A stretch of DNA of 64,000 nt from Candidatus Saccharimonadota bacterium. Its GTDB lineage: Bacteria > Patescibacteriota > Saccharimonadia > Saccharimonadales > UBA4665. The stretch lies in NCBI GenBank assembly GCA_027356105.1, contig DAIEGT010000001.1, positions 61,929-125,928 on the forward strand, read 5' to 3'. Of this stretch, positions 10,096 through 19,547 are shown in pieces (the stretch's first letter is position 1; each line of letters starts with the position of its first letter). The notes under the pieces are model-generated. The model made no database searches. It saw nothing but the letters and a program-made list of their open reading frames with translations, and was not told the origin of the DNA. A program made the position numbers and the translations under genes.

Positions 10096-11859
10096 TTAAC
10101 TCCTTTTAATCTTATTTAAAAATGTATTTAAATTATTTACATTTTTTAGTAATGCTTCAACTTCAGTATCATTTGCTAACAATAGCTTTTCTTGAATATC
10201 ATCTTTTTGAGATTTCACATAATTGTCGACTAATCTTAATCTAAGAAAACTTGCCTCATAATATAGGCTATCTAAGTCGAGTTTTTGATACAATTCTTCG
10301 TATAATAATACTATTATTTTAACATAATCAGTCGAAATATTAAACTCGGTTAATTTAGCTTTAGATTTGTTAAAATCAAAATCTGGAGTTTTTGATAATA
10401 AACTATAAATATTTATTGAATCTTCTTGAATAAATACTGATTTCTTTAGAGGCTTTAGTAATTCCCTTAAAGTTGGCCTTAAAAGTACTAAACAAATAAA
10501 CTTATCCTCGACTTTTAAAAACTCTTGATTAGATTTATTGAGACTATTGATGTTGACTTTCGATCTTTTTAAAGCTACAACCTCAGACAAATAATTCTGA
10601 CTTTTTTTATTAATAGCATTTCGATCTATTTCTATAATGTCGGATACTTTATTTAAATAGAATTCTTTTTCAACTTCGTCTTGCAGTTTATTAACAATTG
10701 GCAACATTTTATCAGTAAATTTTTTCTTACCTTCAGCTGATTTAATATCGTAAACTGTTAAATACCTACTAATTAACCAATCTAAGGCATATTGATGGTT
10801 TTCAATAGCCTTAACCCAAAGACCAGGGTCTTTTTTAATTAAATCATCTGGGTCCTTACTATCATTGATACTTATAATACTTAGATTTATATTCAACTTA
10901 GAAGCTAAAATTATGGCTCTTTCAGTTGCCTCTAACCCGGCTTTATCGGAATCAAATGCTAATCTAATATCACTAGTAAATCTGGCTAAAATCTTTAGAT
11001 GGTAACTAGTAATTGCAGTACCGGCAGTTGCAACTACATTTGTAACTCCACTTTGATGTGAGCTTATAACATCTAAGTTACCTTCAACAATAACAGCATA
11101 GTTAAGTTTTCTGATTGTTTCCTTAGCTAAATTAAGCCCGAATACATGTCTACTTTTGTCATATAAAACAGTTTGAGGAGTGTTAATATATTTAGCGATA
11201 TTTGTTTGATTATCAAGTATTCTAGCAGTAAACCCTATTACCTTACCCTGCTGGTCTTGAAGAGGAATAATTAACCTTCCACGAAACATGTCGTTATTGG
11301 TTCGAGAATTTGAACTAATAAGACCAGCCAATTTAATTTCATTTAAACTAAAATTTTTTTTAGTTAAAAAATCTTGCAAAGCGTGGCCTGAATTTGGCGA
11401 ATAGCCAAATTTCCATTCTACGGCTGTTTTTTTAGAAAATTTTCGATTATTAAAAATATATTCTAACGCTATTTTATTATTCTTAAACTGAACCTGATAA
11501 AATTTTGTCGATAATTCCAAAACTTCATAAAGTCGTTCTTTATTTATATCGTTTGTTTTAACCTTAGAACTATTTTTATTTAATTCAGCCTCTAACCCAA
11601 CCCGACTTGCCAATAATCTTAAAGCTTCTTTAAAATCTAAGCCTTCCATTTCCATAATAAACGAGTAGATATTTCCACCCTTCCCAGAGCTAAAGTCATG
11701 CCATATTTGTTTTTCAGGGCTAACAATAAAACTCGGCGTTTTTTCATTATTAAAGGGACTCAGACCACGCCAATTTCTACCAGCTCTAGTTAAATGGATA
11801 TACTCCCCAACTAAATCCTCTATATTTATTCTCTGCTTTATCTCTTCAATTATGTCCAT
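10096..11859 (-). CDS. dnaG: DNA primase
   Basis: 587 aa. It has an N-terminal primase zinc-binding-domain pattern (PFNNEKTPSFIVSPEKQIWHDF) and a TOPRIM region (VIVEGNLDVIS...AFDSDKAG). The zinc ligands are substituted (see findings). Confidence 0.9.
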   Translation of the reverse strand: MDIIEEIKQRINIEDLVGEYIHLTRAGRNWRGLSPFNNEKTPSFIVSPEKQIWHDFSSGKGGNIYSFIMEMEGLDFKEALRLLASRVGLEAELNKNSSKVKTNDINKERLYEVLELSTKFYQVQFKNNKIALEYIFNNRKFSKKTAVEWKFGYSPNSGHALQDFLTKKNFSLNEIKLAGLISSNSRTNNDMFRGRLIIPLQDQQGKVIGFTARILDNQTNIAKYINTPQTVLYDKSRHVFGLNLAKETIRKLNYAVIVEGNLDVISSHQSGVTNVVATAGTAITSYHLKILARFTSDIRLAFDSDKAGLEATERAIILASKLNINLSIISINDSKDPDDLIKKDPGLWVKAIENHQYALDWLISRYLTVYDIKSAEGKKKFTDKMLPIVNKLQDEVEKEFYLNKVSDIIEIDRNAINKKSQNYLSEVVALKRSKVNINSLNKSNQEFLKVEDKFICLVLLRPTLRELLKPLKKSVFIQEDSINIYSLLSKTPDFDFNKSKAKLTEFNISTDYVKIIVLLYEELYQKLDLDSLYYEASFLRLRLVDNYVKSQKDDIQEKLLLANDTEVEALLKNVNNLNTFLNKIKRS

Positions 11860-11929
11860 TGATGTAATGTTAATATATTTATAAACTAATGATAAACTAT
11901 ATTAGATAGATAAACACAAAAAGTATGAA

Positions 11930-12322
11930 ATGAAAAATAACGATTATATACCAGGAAAATGCAATATTAATTCCTATGAAGTCGAATTAAGATTCCGAAT
12001 GGCTGTTTTAAGTTTAGTAATTTCTATAATTTTACTTATTATCTTGCTTATATTTTTTTCAAATCACTACATTCGGTTAATCTTAACTGTACCAATATTT
12101 TTAATGATTTTAAATCTATTCCAAACTCAGCAAAAATTCTGCGTATTTTATGGCTTAAAAGGTGAAGAAAATTCCAAACAAGATAGTAAGAAATCAAGCA
12201 TTATAAAATCCCTAATATCAAGGTATAAAGATAGAAAGAAATCTATAAAAATGATTATCTTGTCAATTCTAATTACACTAGTAATTAACATTCCTTTGGT
12301 TTTTTTACCAAATATTAATTAA
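11930..12322 (+). CDS. hypothetical membrane protein
   Basis: 130 aa with three hydrophobic helices. No family recognised. Confidence 0.4.
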   Translation: MKNNDYIPGKCNINSYEVELRFRMAVLSLVISIILLIILLIFFSNHYIRLILTVPIFLMILNLFQTQQKFCVFYGLKGEENSKQDSKKSSIIKSLISRYKDRKKSIKMIILSILITLVINIPLVFLPNIN

Positions 12323-12365
12323 ACTCTATATATCAAATAGTTTTTATGGTTAAATAATAGATATA

Positions 12366-12980
12366 ATGGATCAAAATAACATAAACAATTTAAATAGCAA
12401 TCCTTATGATTTTATATTAAATAATTCCAAATCTAAAAACCCAATATTTAATTTTTCTAATAAACGCCAATTATTCATATTATTATCTGTGGGTTTAATA
12501 TTTTTTATAATAATCTTTGCGGTAATAAATAGTATATTCGCCGGAAAACCAGCTATTGATATTAACTCGTATACTAGAACTATTCAAATTGAACAAGAAA
12601 TTGTCCATTTAACATCGGAACCCGGTACAAGCACTTTAACAGGTGTTAATTTAGGATATGACTTAACTAATTCCAATAGCACAATTAATTTAGTTATAAA
12701 TTCTCAGGAGCAACAACTATTAGCATATCTTAAACAAAATGGTTACTCTCTAAGTCAGAGCACCGTAAATCTTGGACTTAATACTTCCGTCGACAATGCT
12801 TTAGTTGCGGCTTATGGCAATGGAAATTTTAATACTGTATTTCAACAAGAACTACTAAGCCAATTAAATTATTACCAACAATCACTAAACACAACTTTTA
12901 AATTGTCTACTGGCATCAATGGCAAAAAATTATTATCTCAGTTTTACGCGCAAAATACTCAGTTAATTAAAATACTTTAA
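12366..12980 (+). CDS. hypothetical membrane-anchored protein
   Basis: 204 aa with a single N-terminal TM (LFILLSVGLIFFIIIFAVI) and an extracytoplasmic domain. Confidence 0.4.
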   Translation: MDQNNINNLNSNPYDFILNNSKSKNPIFNFSNKRQLFILLSVGLIFFIIIFAVINSIFAGKPAIDINSYTRTIQIEQEIVHLTSEPGTSTLTGVNLGYDLTNSNSTINLVINSQEQQLLAYLKQNGYSLSQSTVNLGLNTSVDNALVAAYGNGNFNTVFQQELLSQLNYYQQSLNTTFKLSTGINGKKLLSQFYAQNTQLIKIL

Positions 12981-12983
12981 TTA

Positions 12984-13316
12984 TTATTCTATTATGGCCT
13001 GTTGATAACTATGACGGATAAGGTCTTTAATTTCTTCAGCGTTTAATTGACCAGTAATAATAATTGATATCCAATTTTCTGAATTAAGATTAATGCCATC
13101 TACTACTTCTTCATATTTTTCTTTTAATACGCCTGCCAATTTTTTATCACAAAGTAAACTAAGTTTTAGAGGATCTTTACTGAAATCGAGCAAGGCAAAC
13201 ATTTTTTTATCAACATAAAAAACTGTTTGATAATCTGAGAATGGTTTAGATGATGATGTGTCACCTAAGCTTTGAATAAAATCTGTTAAGAATTCTAGGT
13301 TTATTGAATTTATCAT
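12984..13316 (-). CDS. YjbR/MmcQ-like protein
   Basis: 110 aa. The pattern KMFALL...PLKLSLLCD...NWISIIITGQLNAEEIKDLIRHSY resembles the YjbR (DUF419) family. Confidence 0.45.
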   Translation of the reverse strand: MINSINLEFLTDFIQSLGDTSSSKPFSDYQTVFYVDKKMFALLDFSKDPLKLSLLCDKKLAGVLKEKYEEVVDGINLNSENWISIIITGQLNAEEIKDLIRHSYQQAIIE

Positions 13317-13865
13317 TTAAATATTCTTAAATTTAGTTAAGTAATACTTCAATTCTGCTATTGAATTTTCAATATCGCTCATCGCCCTATGCTGATTATT
13401 TTTCTCAAACTCTAGTTTATATTTTTCAGCCATAATTATCTTGAACGAACTAACATCTAAAAGCCTATAGTGAAGTCGTTTATCTAGTAAAGGCCAGAAC
13501 TTTGCAATGAATTTACGGTCTGAATAAATAGAATTTCCAGCAATATAAACAACTTGATCTTTTGCGTGTTGATCAATTAGAGTTAATATATTTTCTTCTA
13601 TTAGATTAGAATAAACAGATTCTTTATTTTCAGAAGTAAATTTTTCTAAATTAATCGGAAATTTTTGATACCAATCATTTTCGCTAATCAATTCTTTAAC
13701 TTTAGCAATGTCGTGTTTAACAATAGCTTCATAGGAAACTATAGGAGAAAAATCAAAATCAGTTAAAATTAAGGCTACTTCAAGTATTAAATCAGTATCT
13801 GGATTTAAACCAGTCATTTCTAAGTCAAGCCAAAGCAATTTAGATTCAGTAGATATATCTGCCAT
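13317..13865 (-). CDS. orn: oligoribonuclease
   Basis: 182 aa with DEDDh exonuclease motifs (LWLDLEMTGLNPDTDLILEVA; HRAMSDI). Confidence 0.85.
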   Translation of the reverse strand: MADISTESKLLWLDLEMTGLNPDTDLILEVALILTDFDFSPIVSYEAIVKHDIAKVKELISENDWYQKFPINLEKFTSENKESVYSNLIEENILTLIDQHAKDQVVYIAGNSIYSDRKFIAKFWPLLDKRLHYRLLDVSSFKIIMAEKYKLEFEKNNQHRAMSDIENSIAELKYYLTKFKNI

Positions 13866-13911
13866 TTATTTATATGTATTATATCTGGATACGGCTTAAA
13901 TTAAAATTAAA

Positions 13912-14490
13912 TTACTTAGCGGCAGTTAAGGCGTTAGAATACCAAACAATCTCTTTGAGTAAAGTTTCAAGTTGAGCATTAGGTCCATAAGGATTAGCCT
14001 CAAGTTCAGCTGACAAATTTCCTTCATCATCAACAGCATTAGTCATAGCAACGTTAATTAGTTGAGCGGATTTAGCCATTACAACTGATTGGCATTCAGA
14101 TAACACTTCTTTTAGATCAGTAGCCGCTCTTACTCCTCCTACTGTCCCATGGGAAACAACAGCAGTAGGTTTTCTATAAAGTTCATTCGTTAGATAATCT
14201 AAAGCATTTTTAAGTACAGCTGGCATTGAATGATTATATTCAGGTGTAACAAAAATATAAGCATCAAATTCGTTAATCTTATCCAACCATACTTGTACTA
14301 TTTGACTTGGTTTTCGGTCTGGGTTATACCTTGGTGAAATTGCTTCATCAAAAAAAGGCATTTCATAATCTTTTAAATCAACTATTTCAGCAGAAACATC
14401 GTTTTTAGCAGCAATATTAGCCACCCACTTTGCAACTTTATCTGATTGTCTTCCCTGTCTTGTTGATCCAACTACAACTGCTAATTTCAT
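13912..14490 (-). CDS. NADPH-dependent FMN reductase family protein
   Basis: 192 aa. It has a flavodoxin-like N-terminus (MKLAVVVGSTRQGRQS) and the PEYNHSMPAVLKNALD motif. Confidence 0.75.
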   Translation of the reverse strand: MKLAVVVGSTRQGRQSDKVAKWVANIAAKNDVSAEIVDLKDYEMPFFDEAISPRYNPDRKPSQIVQVWLDKINEFDAYIFVTPEYNHSMPAVLKNALDYLTNELYRKPTAVVSHGTVGGVRAATDLKEVLSECQSVVMAKSAQLINVAMTNAVDDEGNLSAELEANPYGPNAQLETLLKEIVWYSNALTAAK

Positions 14491-14567
14491 GAGGTTCTCC
14501 TTTTTTCTTAATTTACTTTTATGTTATTGTATTTTTATATTAAATGATTTACTATACTTTGTAAAGT

Positions 14568-14903
14568 ATGTTAAATAATAACAAAGCGATAGACGTAGAA
14601 AAAAATATCGGTTGTATTGCCGAAGCGATGGATATTATTGGTAACAAATGGACGGCTTTAATTTTACGTGACTTCTTTAAAAGCGACCAGCGTTTCTGTC
14701 AACTGGAAAAATCTATCCCGGATATAAACCCAAGAATTTTATCTCAAAGATTAAGATTTTTAGAGTTTAATGACATCATATCTTCTAAATCAAAGAAGAG
14801 TTGTGCTAATAGAAAAGTCTATAGTCTAACAAAAAAAGGCTGGGATCTACTTCCAATTCTTCAAAGCATGGCTGTTTGGGGTCAATCTTATAATTCTATA
14901 TAA
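14568..14903 (+). CDS. HxlR-family transcriptional regulator
   Basis: 111 aa with a winged-HTH pattern (GNKWTALILRDFF...RFCQLEKSIPDINPRILSQRLRFLE). It is divergent from the FMN reductase gene. Confidence 0.8.
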   Translation: MLNNNKAIDVEKNIGCIAEAMDIIGNKWTALILRDFFKSDQRFCQLEKSIPDINPRILSQRLRFLEFNDIISSKSKKSCANRKVYSLTKKGWDLLPILQSMAVWGQSYNSI

Positions 14904-14906
14904 AAA

Positions 14907-16559
14907 TTACATCTTATCTGGAGCAAAAATTCCTAAAATATTTAACCCATGTCTTAAAACGTCGGCGTATTTATTTACAAGTTTAAGTCTAATTGATTGG
15001 CGTTCAGAACCAAGCACCTTATTGTGCTCATAAAATTGATTAAATTCTTGGCTTAGTTCATAAAGGTAATTACAGGCAATATTAGGTTTAAGTTCAGCTA
15101 CTGCCTGATTTAATATCGATTCATAATCAAATAGTTTGAGAGCTAAACCCCTTTCAGCGTCAATATATTTCACTTTTTCGTCAACACTATTTGTTTGGAC
15201 TGCTTTTCCTAAAATAGACCTTGCTCGTGCATGAGCATACATCAGATATGGTCCAGTATTACCCTGAAGACTAACTGATTGATCAATATCAAAAACTATA
15301 TCACCTCCAAGTTTTACCTTAAGAAGCTGATATCTTATAGCACCTGCAATAAGTTTATTATCAAAATTTTCATTATGTTCAGCTAGTTTACCTGATACTT
15401 GGTCTACTAGCCAATTGATATCTAATACTTTACCTTCCCTGGAACTCATTTTGCCAGTTGATAGCTTAACTAATCCTGTATTTATATTGATAGTTTCATC
15501 AGAAGTTGTAATATTTAATAGTTCACTTGCTTTGAAGATTACTTTGAAGTAATCCTTTTGCCCATTATCTGTAATAATGTAGCTTTTATCAGGTGCAAAA
15601 TCATTTTCTTTTAATTTAATTAGTCCCAAATCTCTTGCAGCATAAAGTCCGTTCCCAGTAGAAGATATAAATACTACTGTAAATAAATGATAATCTTCAC
15701 CTCTAAATATGATTGCTGAATCACTTTTAGTAAAAACCCTGCCGATATTCTCGTTAACAATTTTAAAGCCAATTTTATATGCTTCACTCTCAAGATATCT
15801 TTTTTCAACAGGTTTTGAACCAAGCTTTTCTAAAATTATATCTAAATCTTCAAAACTCCACTTTTTACAAATAGAATAAACCTGATAATAGAAATCATCT
15901 TCTAATTTATAAGACTTTTTTGTTAACTCAATAATCTCAGCTTTTATTTCTTCACTTTCATCATATGCTTTTGAGCCTTCGGCATACATTCGAGACATAA
16001 AATTATTTCTATCATCAGGCTTTAACTGATTTAACTTATCTAAATCTCCGTCAAGATATTTCAAGATTGACCACATACTTTTGCCAACATGAGTACCAAT
16101 ATCGCCATGATAACTAACTCGATGTACTTTCCCGCCTCCAAATTCTAATAAGTTAGCAATCGTATCGCCAATAACTGCATTTAAGGCATGGCCAACGTGC
16201 ATAGATTTAAACGGATTTGGATTATTAGTTTCTATAACAATGGTCTGATTTGAAAAAAAATTATTTTTTGATAAATAATTATCATTCAATAAAATTTCAT
16301 CGGCCAGTTTAAAGTTAATAAACCCCGGAGCCGAGAATGTTATATTCGTTAATAAGTTTTGTGATAATTTTTCTAACTCTAAGATTATAGTATTAGCGAT
16401 TTCCTCTGGAGTTTTACCTAAAACATTTGCTAATTTTAAAGCTACATTAGTAGAAAAATCACCATACTTAGGATCTGATTTAAGTAATTCTAAATTTACA
16501 TCAACATTAAATTTATCTCTAATAATTTTTAAGAATAAATCAGTAATCTCTGTTTTCAT
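14907..16559 (-). CDS. argS: arginine--tRNA ligase
   Basis: 550 aa with a class I HIGH motif (NPNPFKSMHVGHALN) and a DALR-type C-terminus ending ...APDKM. Confidence 0.9.
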   Translation of the reverse strand: MKTEITDLFLKIIRDKFNVDVNLELLKSDPKYGDFSTNVALKLANVLGKTPEEIANTIILELEKLSQNLLTNITFSAPGFINFKLADEILLNDNYLSKNNFFSNQTIVIETNNPNPFKSMHVGHALNAVIGDTIANLLEFGGGKVHRVSYHGDIGTHVGKSMWSILKYLDGDLDKLNQLKPDDRNNFMSRMYAEGSKAYDESEEIKAEIIELTKKSYKLEDDFYYQVYSICKKWSFEDLDIILEKLGSKPVEKRYLESEAYKIGFKIVNENIGRVFTKSDSAIIFRGEDYHLFTVVFISSTGNGLYAARDLGLIKLKENDFAPDKSYIITDNGQKDYFKVIFKASELLNITTSDETININTGLVKLSTGKMSSREGKVLDINWLVDQVSGKLAEHNENFDNKLIAGAIRYQLLKVKLGGDIVFDIDQSVSLQGNTGPYLMYAHARARSILGKAVQTNSVDEKVKYIDAERGLALKLFDYESILNQAVAELKPNIACNYLYELSQEFNQFYEHNKVLGSERQSIRLKLVNKYADVLRHGLNILGIFAPDKM

Positions 16560-16667
16560 TAATCAATTATACCAATAACAGGCTATATCTTACTAAAACA
16601 TACTACGCTAATTTATTTTGTAAATTAAGCTACATAAACTGATTACTGAAAATTTTATTACTCTAGA

Positions 16668-17159
16668 TTATTCAGTCGGCTGACGATATCGATTAATCCA
16701 ACCCTGCATACCAATTACATTGCCACTATAATATCTTGTATTGCCTGGATTTATAGCAACTGATTCACTAAAAACCTTTGACGCTTCACGAATGACATTA
16801 GCTATCGATATTCGATGTTCCGGATTAATATTACCGGTGAACATTAAACTTTGAAGTTTTTCTAAACTAGAGGATGATCTACTCCACTTCTTATCTTCTG
16901 TGCCAGCTGCTTTTACGACTTCTTCGCCTAAAATAAGCAAATTAGCCCATTTATCCTGTATTTCTTCTGGTAATTGGCTAAGCCTTACATCATTCAAATA
17001 AACTAATGGATTACGAAGTGTAATCTCGGCGCTCTTTGCCTGTTCTGTCGTTCCGGTAACTGCAAAAATATCAGCCCATTCGCTACCTAAGGACAACTGA
17101 AGTTCACCTACTTGTTGTGGGCTTTGTTGTAATTCTGGATAATTTATATCTTTTAACAT
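16668..17159 (-). CDS. hypothetical protein
   Basis: 163 aa, soluble, with no recognisable motifs. Confidence 0.4.
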   Translation of the reverse strand: MLKDINYPELQQSPQQVGELQLSLGSEWADIFAVTGTTEQAKSAEITLRNPLVYLNDVRLSQLPEEIQDKWANLLILGEEVVKAAGTEDKKWSRSSSSLEKLQSLMFTGNINPEHRISIANVIREASKVFSESVAINPGNTRYYSGNVIGMQGWINRYRQPTE

Positions 17160-17249
17160 AAAATTATGTTACCATAAGCTTGTTAAATTGTCAATCTAAT
17201 TATATTTAACGAATACTTAACACTTAAGAAATTTAGTTTTTAAAATTTA

Positions 17250-17885
17250 TTACTTATTCTTAGCTGCATCAAGTACGCTTAGCAACGATACGATAGCTAT
17301 ATTTAAGCGAGGATCCAATTTAACCTGGCTACCACGAATATCTAGAGTCATTTTAACAACTAATGGGTTCTTTTTATGCGTAATTCTACCTACAAGTTGT
17401 GGATTATTGCCTTGTAATCCTGAGTTAATTGAAAAAGTTTGTATTACGAACATTAGAGCTAGTTCAATAAATGGACCTACGACCGGTATTAAACCTGCCC
17501 ATCTTCGAATTAAAGCTAAGGTACCACTAGTCTCCTGTACAAATCCAAAATCGTTACCATTTACATCAATTAAATCCATATGGTCTCTTATGAGAACTGA
17601 TTTTAAGCTCTTCTGTCTAATAGTAGCTAGCTTTTCTCCAGTTTGGCTATCAAAAATATCGTACATCTTTTGAAAACTAACGATCTGACGTCCACCTATA
17701 CGTACAATCTCTTGTTGCATAGAATTATCAGTAAATATTCGCACATCACCTTTTAAGCTCCATGCCTTCATTTTAATATATCCTACCAGAGTATCTGTTT
17801 CAGGATCCATAATCGTTATTGAAGCACCAAACAATTTAAAAAATTTTCTTCTAAATTCTAAAATACTATAATTTAAATAATCCAT
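17250..17885 (-). CDS. hypothetical protein, possibly scramblase/LOR (tubby-like) fold
   Basis: 211 aa with a repetitive beta-strand-like pattern (FKLFGASITIMDPETDTLVGYIKMKAWSLKGDVRIF...) and a hydrophobic segment near residue 130. The family call is weak. Confidence 0.3.
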   Translation of the reverse strand: MDYLNYSILEFRRKFFKLFGASITIMDPETDTLVGYIKMKAWSLKGDVRIFTDNSMQQEIVRIGGRQIVSFQKMYDIFDSQTGEKLATIRQKSLKSVLIRDHMDLIDVNGNDFGFVQETSGTLALIRRWAGLIPVVGPFIELALMFVIQTFSINSGLQGNNPQLVGRITHKKNPLVVKMTLDIRGSQVKLDPRLNIAIVSLLSVLDAAKNK

Positions 17886-18156
17886 AAAATACTTACCTTT
17901 AAATATAATCTAAATGATGTCGATATATTAACATAATGCAGTTATAGATTTAACCCTAAGATTTTAATTACTAAAAAATATTCTTTAAGTATAAAGTTGT
18001 TAATGATTTGGTATACCTTCCTGCTTTCGCTTGGAACCGCCTCAAGAGTAAGTTGCTTCGCTGGCATGAAACATTTGAGACGTCACCTTTGCAAAGTCTA
18101 GCCCGGCAACTACCGTGCAGGGTTAGAACCTTAATAAGACTACTGTTTTAGTTTTT

Positions 18157-18537
18157 TTATGTCTGCGCAACAAGTATAATCTGCGGCACGTTGCCAAAGT
18201 CTTTATCATATGTCAACAACGGCATCGATAGATACATGCACTCTGCTGCAATCCAAAGATCATTGGGTGATATTGGTGTACCCTTTTTTCTTAGATAGCC
18301 ATAGATCTCCACATAATTAGTAATTATTTCTGGGACTAATCCGGGACTGGTCGTGATATTTTTATCTTTAAGAAAAGTATCAAGTATTGGACGGTTCTTT
18401 TGTGGGTTGTTGCCTGCGGCTATACCGGCCTGCAGTTCAGCGAGTACCACGTACGGTATATATAACTCTTCATTTGGTAAGTCGTGGTTTTCACCACGTA
18501 GTAAGGCACTGATAACATTTGTATCAACACCGATCAT
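18157..18537 (-). CDS. vapC: PIN-domain toxin VapC
   Basis: 126 aa. It has the N-terminal MIGVDTNVI acidic motif, the C-terminal LLTYDKDF motif, and a 1-nt-spaced tandem arrangement with the upstream antitoxin. Confidence 0.85.
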   Translation of the reverse strand: MIGVDTNVISALLRGENHDLPNEELYIPYVVLAELQAGIAAGNNPQKNRPILDTFLKDKNITTSPGLVPEIITNYVEIYGYLRKKGTPISPNDLWIAAECMYLSMPLLTYDKDFGNVPQIILVAQT

Positions 18538-18792
18538 TTAAGTTTTATCCCACATAGTTTTATCGATCGATTCAAAATCAGCAAGGACTTCTTGGTTAAG
18601 ACCTTTATTATCGATAAGCCCACTATATTGGCGCCAGCTTATAGTATCTTTAGCTGTTATGCCACCGACTTTGTCCTGTAGTGCGTCAAGTACGAATTCA
18701 TTAATGCTCATTGATTTTAGCTTAGCGAGCTTATCTATACGTCTTTTTAGCACAGGACTAACATTGCGAACAGTTATTTGAGTAGTATGCAT
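18538..18792 (-). CDS. vapB: VapB-type antitoxin (ribbon-helix-helix-like)
   Basis: 84 aa. The N-terminus ITVRNVSPVLKRRIDKLAKLKSMSINEFVLDAL is typical of RHH antitoxins, and it lies directly upstream of vapC. Confidence 0.7.
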   Translation of the reverse strand: MHTTQITVRNVSPVLKRRIDKLAKLKSMSINEFVLDALQDKVGGITAKDTISWRQYSGLIDNKGLNQEVLADFESIDKTMWDKT

Positions 18793-18870
18793 ATCTTATA
18801 TGCTACAACGAAGTCAATATGATGTCAATGACATTAGAGTAAATTCTATGGTACGTCATAGTGCCTGAAG

Positions 18871-19484
18871 TTATAGCCATTCTTCTTGTAAGCGTAGTTT
18901 AAATTCATCTTTGTCGGTAGGTATTTCTCTTACTAGAAGGTAATGGTCTGTTAATCCAGCCCTGTATTCGGATTTTACTGTGCCGCGTAGCAACATTGCA
19001 AGGGAGTGAACGGGTTGTTCTGGAGACAACAGACTCCGTAAAGCTGCCACCGACCCTAAGGTTGTCACAATATCCTCCCCAATAAAGGGTGTTTTTGCAG
19101 ATATCGCAAGTTCTTTATCCGCAGGAGTTTTAAAAGTGAAGTCATATTTAGTGGTAGTACCTGGCCGTCGAATCATATGTATGATTGGTTTCTGTAGTTC
19201 CTTACCTAGTTGTGTTATAAATTGTCGCATACCATCTGGCACGTAGAGAAGAACGTCAGCGTTCTGTACATGTGGGAAAACAGCAAAATGACCCATTACA
19301 ACAGCAAGCTCTTTCGGGTGCCGATAAAGCTTTTCAGCATCGGCTTTAAGAGTAGCGTGAATTCCAGATGCAAAGTAAAGTTGCCTTCCGTAAACACCCC
19401 AGCACTCAACATTGCCTCCCATGTCTCAGTTGCAGCTTTATTTTCGTCAAAATTAGACGTTTGCGTTGAGGTTGTCTCATTCAT
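18871..19484 (-). pseudogene. phosphoribosyltransferase (PyrE-like PRTase), apparently frameshifted near the 5' end
   Basis: The long frame carries a PRPP loop (FIGEDIVTTLGSV). The ORF 19296..19484 in the adjacent frame supplies ...AGVFTEGNFTL, which joins to ASGIHATLKAD in the long frame to recreate the G(H/N)F.L.SG.H(S/A) PRTase N-terminal motif. This needs a 1-nt correction near 19385. Confidence 0.45.
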
Positions 19485-19547
19485 TAGTAATTAGTTTATC
19501 AAATAAAAAAGGCGTTTGAATTGAAAGATTTTAAGCGTAAGTAATAT

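Noticed and set aside
18005-18135. SRP (4.5S) RNA, TPP riboswitch or a complete tRNA as explanations for the G+C-rich block
   Set aside because: Hand comparison found no GGAA-tetraloop/AGCA helix-8 core on either strand. There was only a partial resemblance to the TPP CUGAGA and UGCCAGCG elements, without the pairing partner (CUGG). Only a T-loop/acceptor-like 3' fragment was present, not a cloverleaf.
19210-19494. 94-aa + strand ORF opposite the PRTase 5' region
   Set aside because: It is antisense to the PRTase frames, which carry recognisable motifs, and it has no SD.
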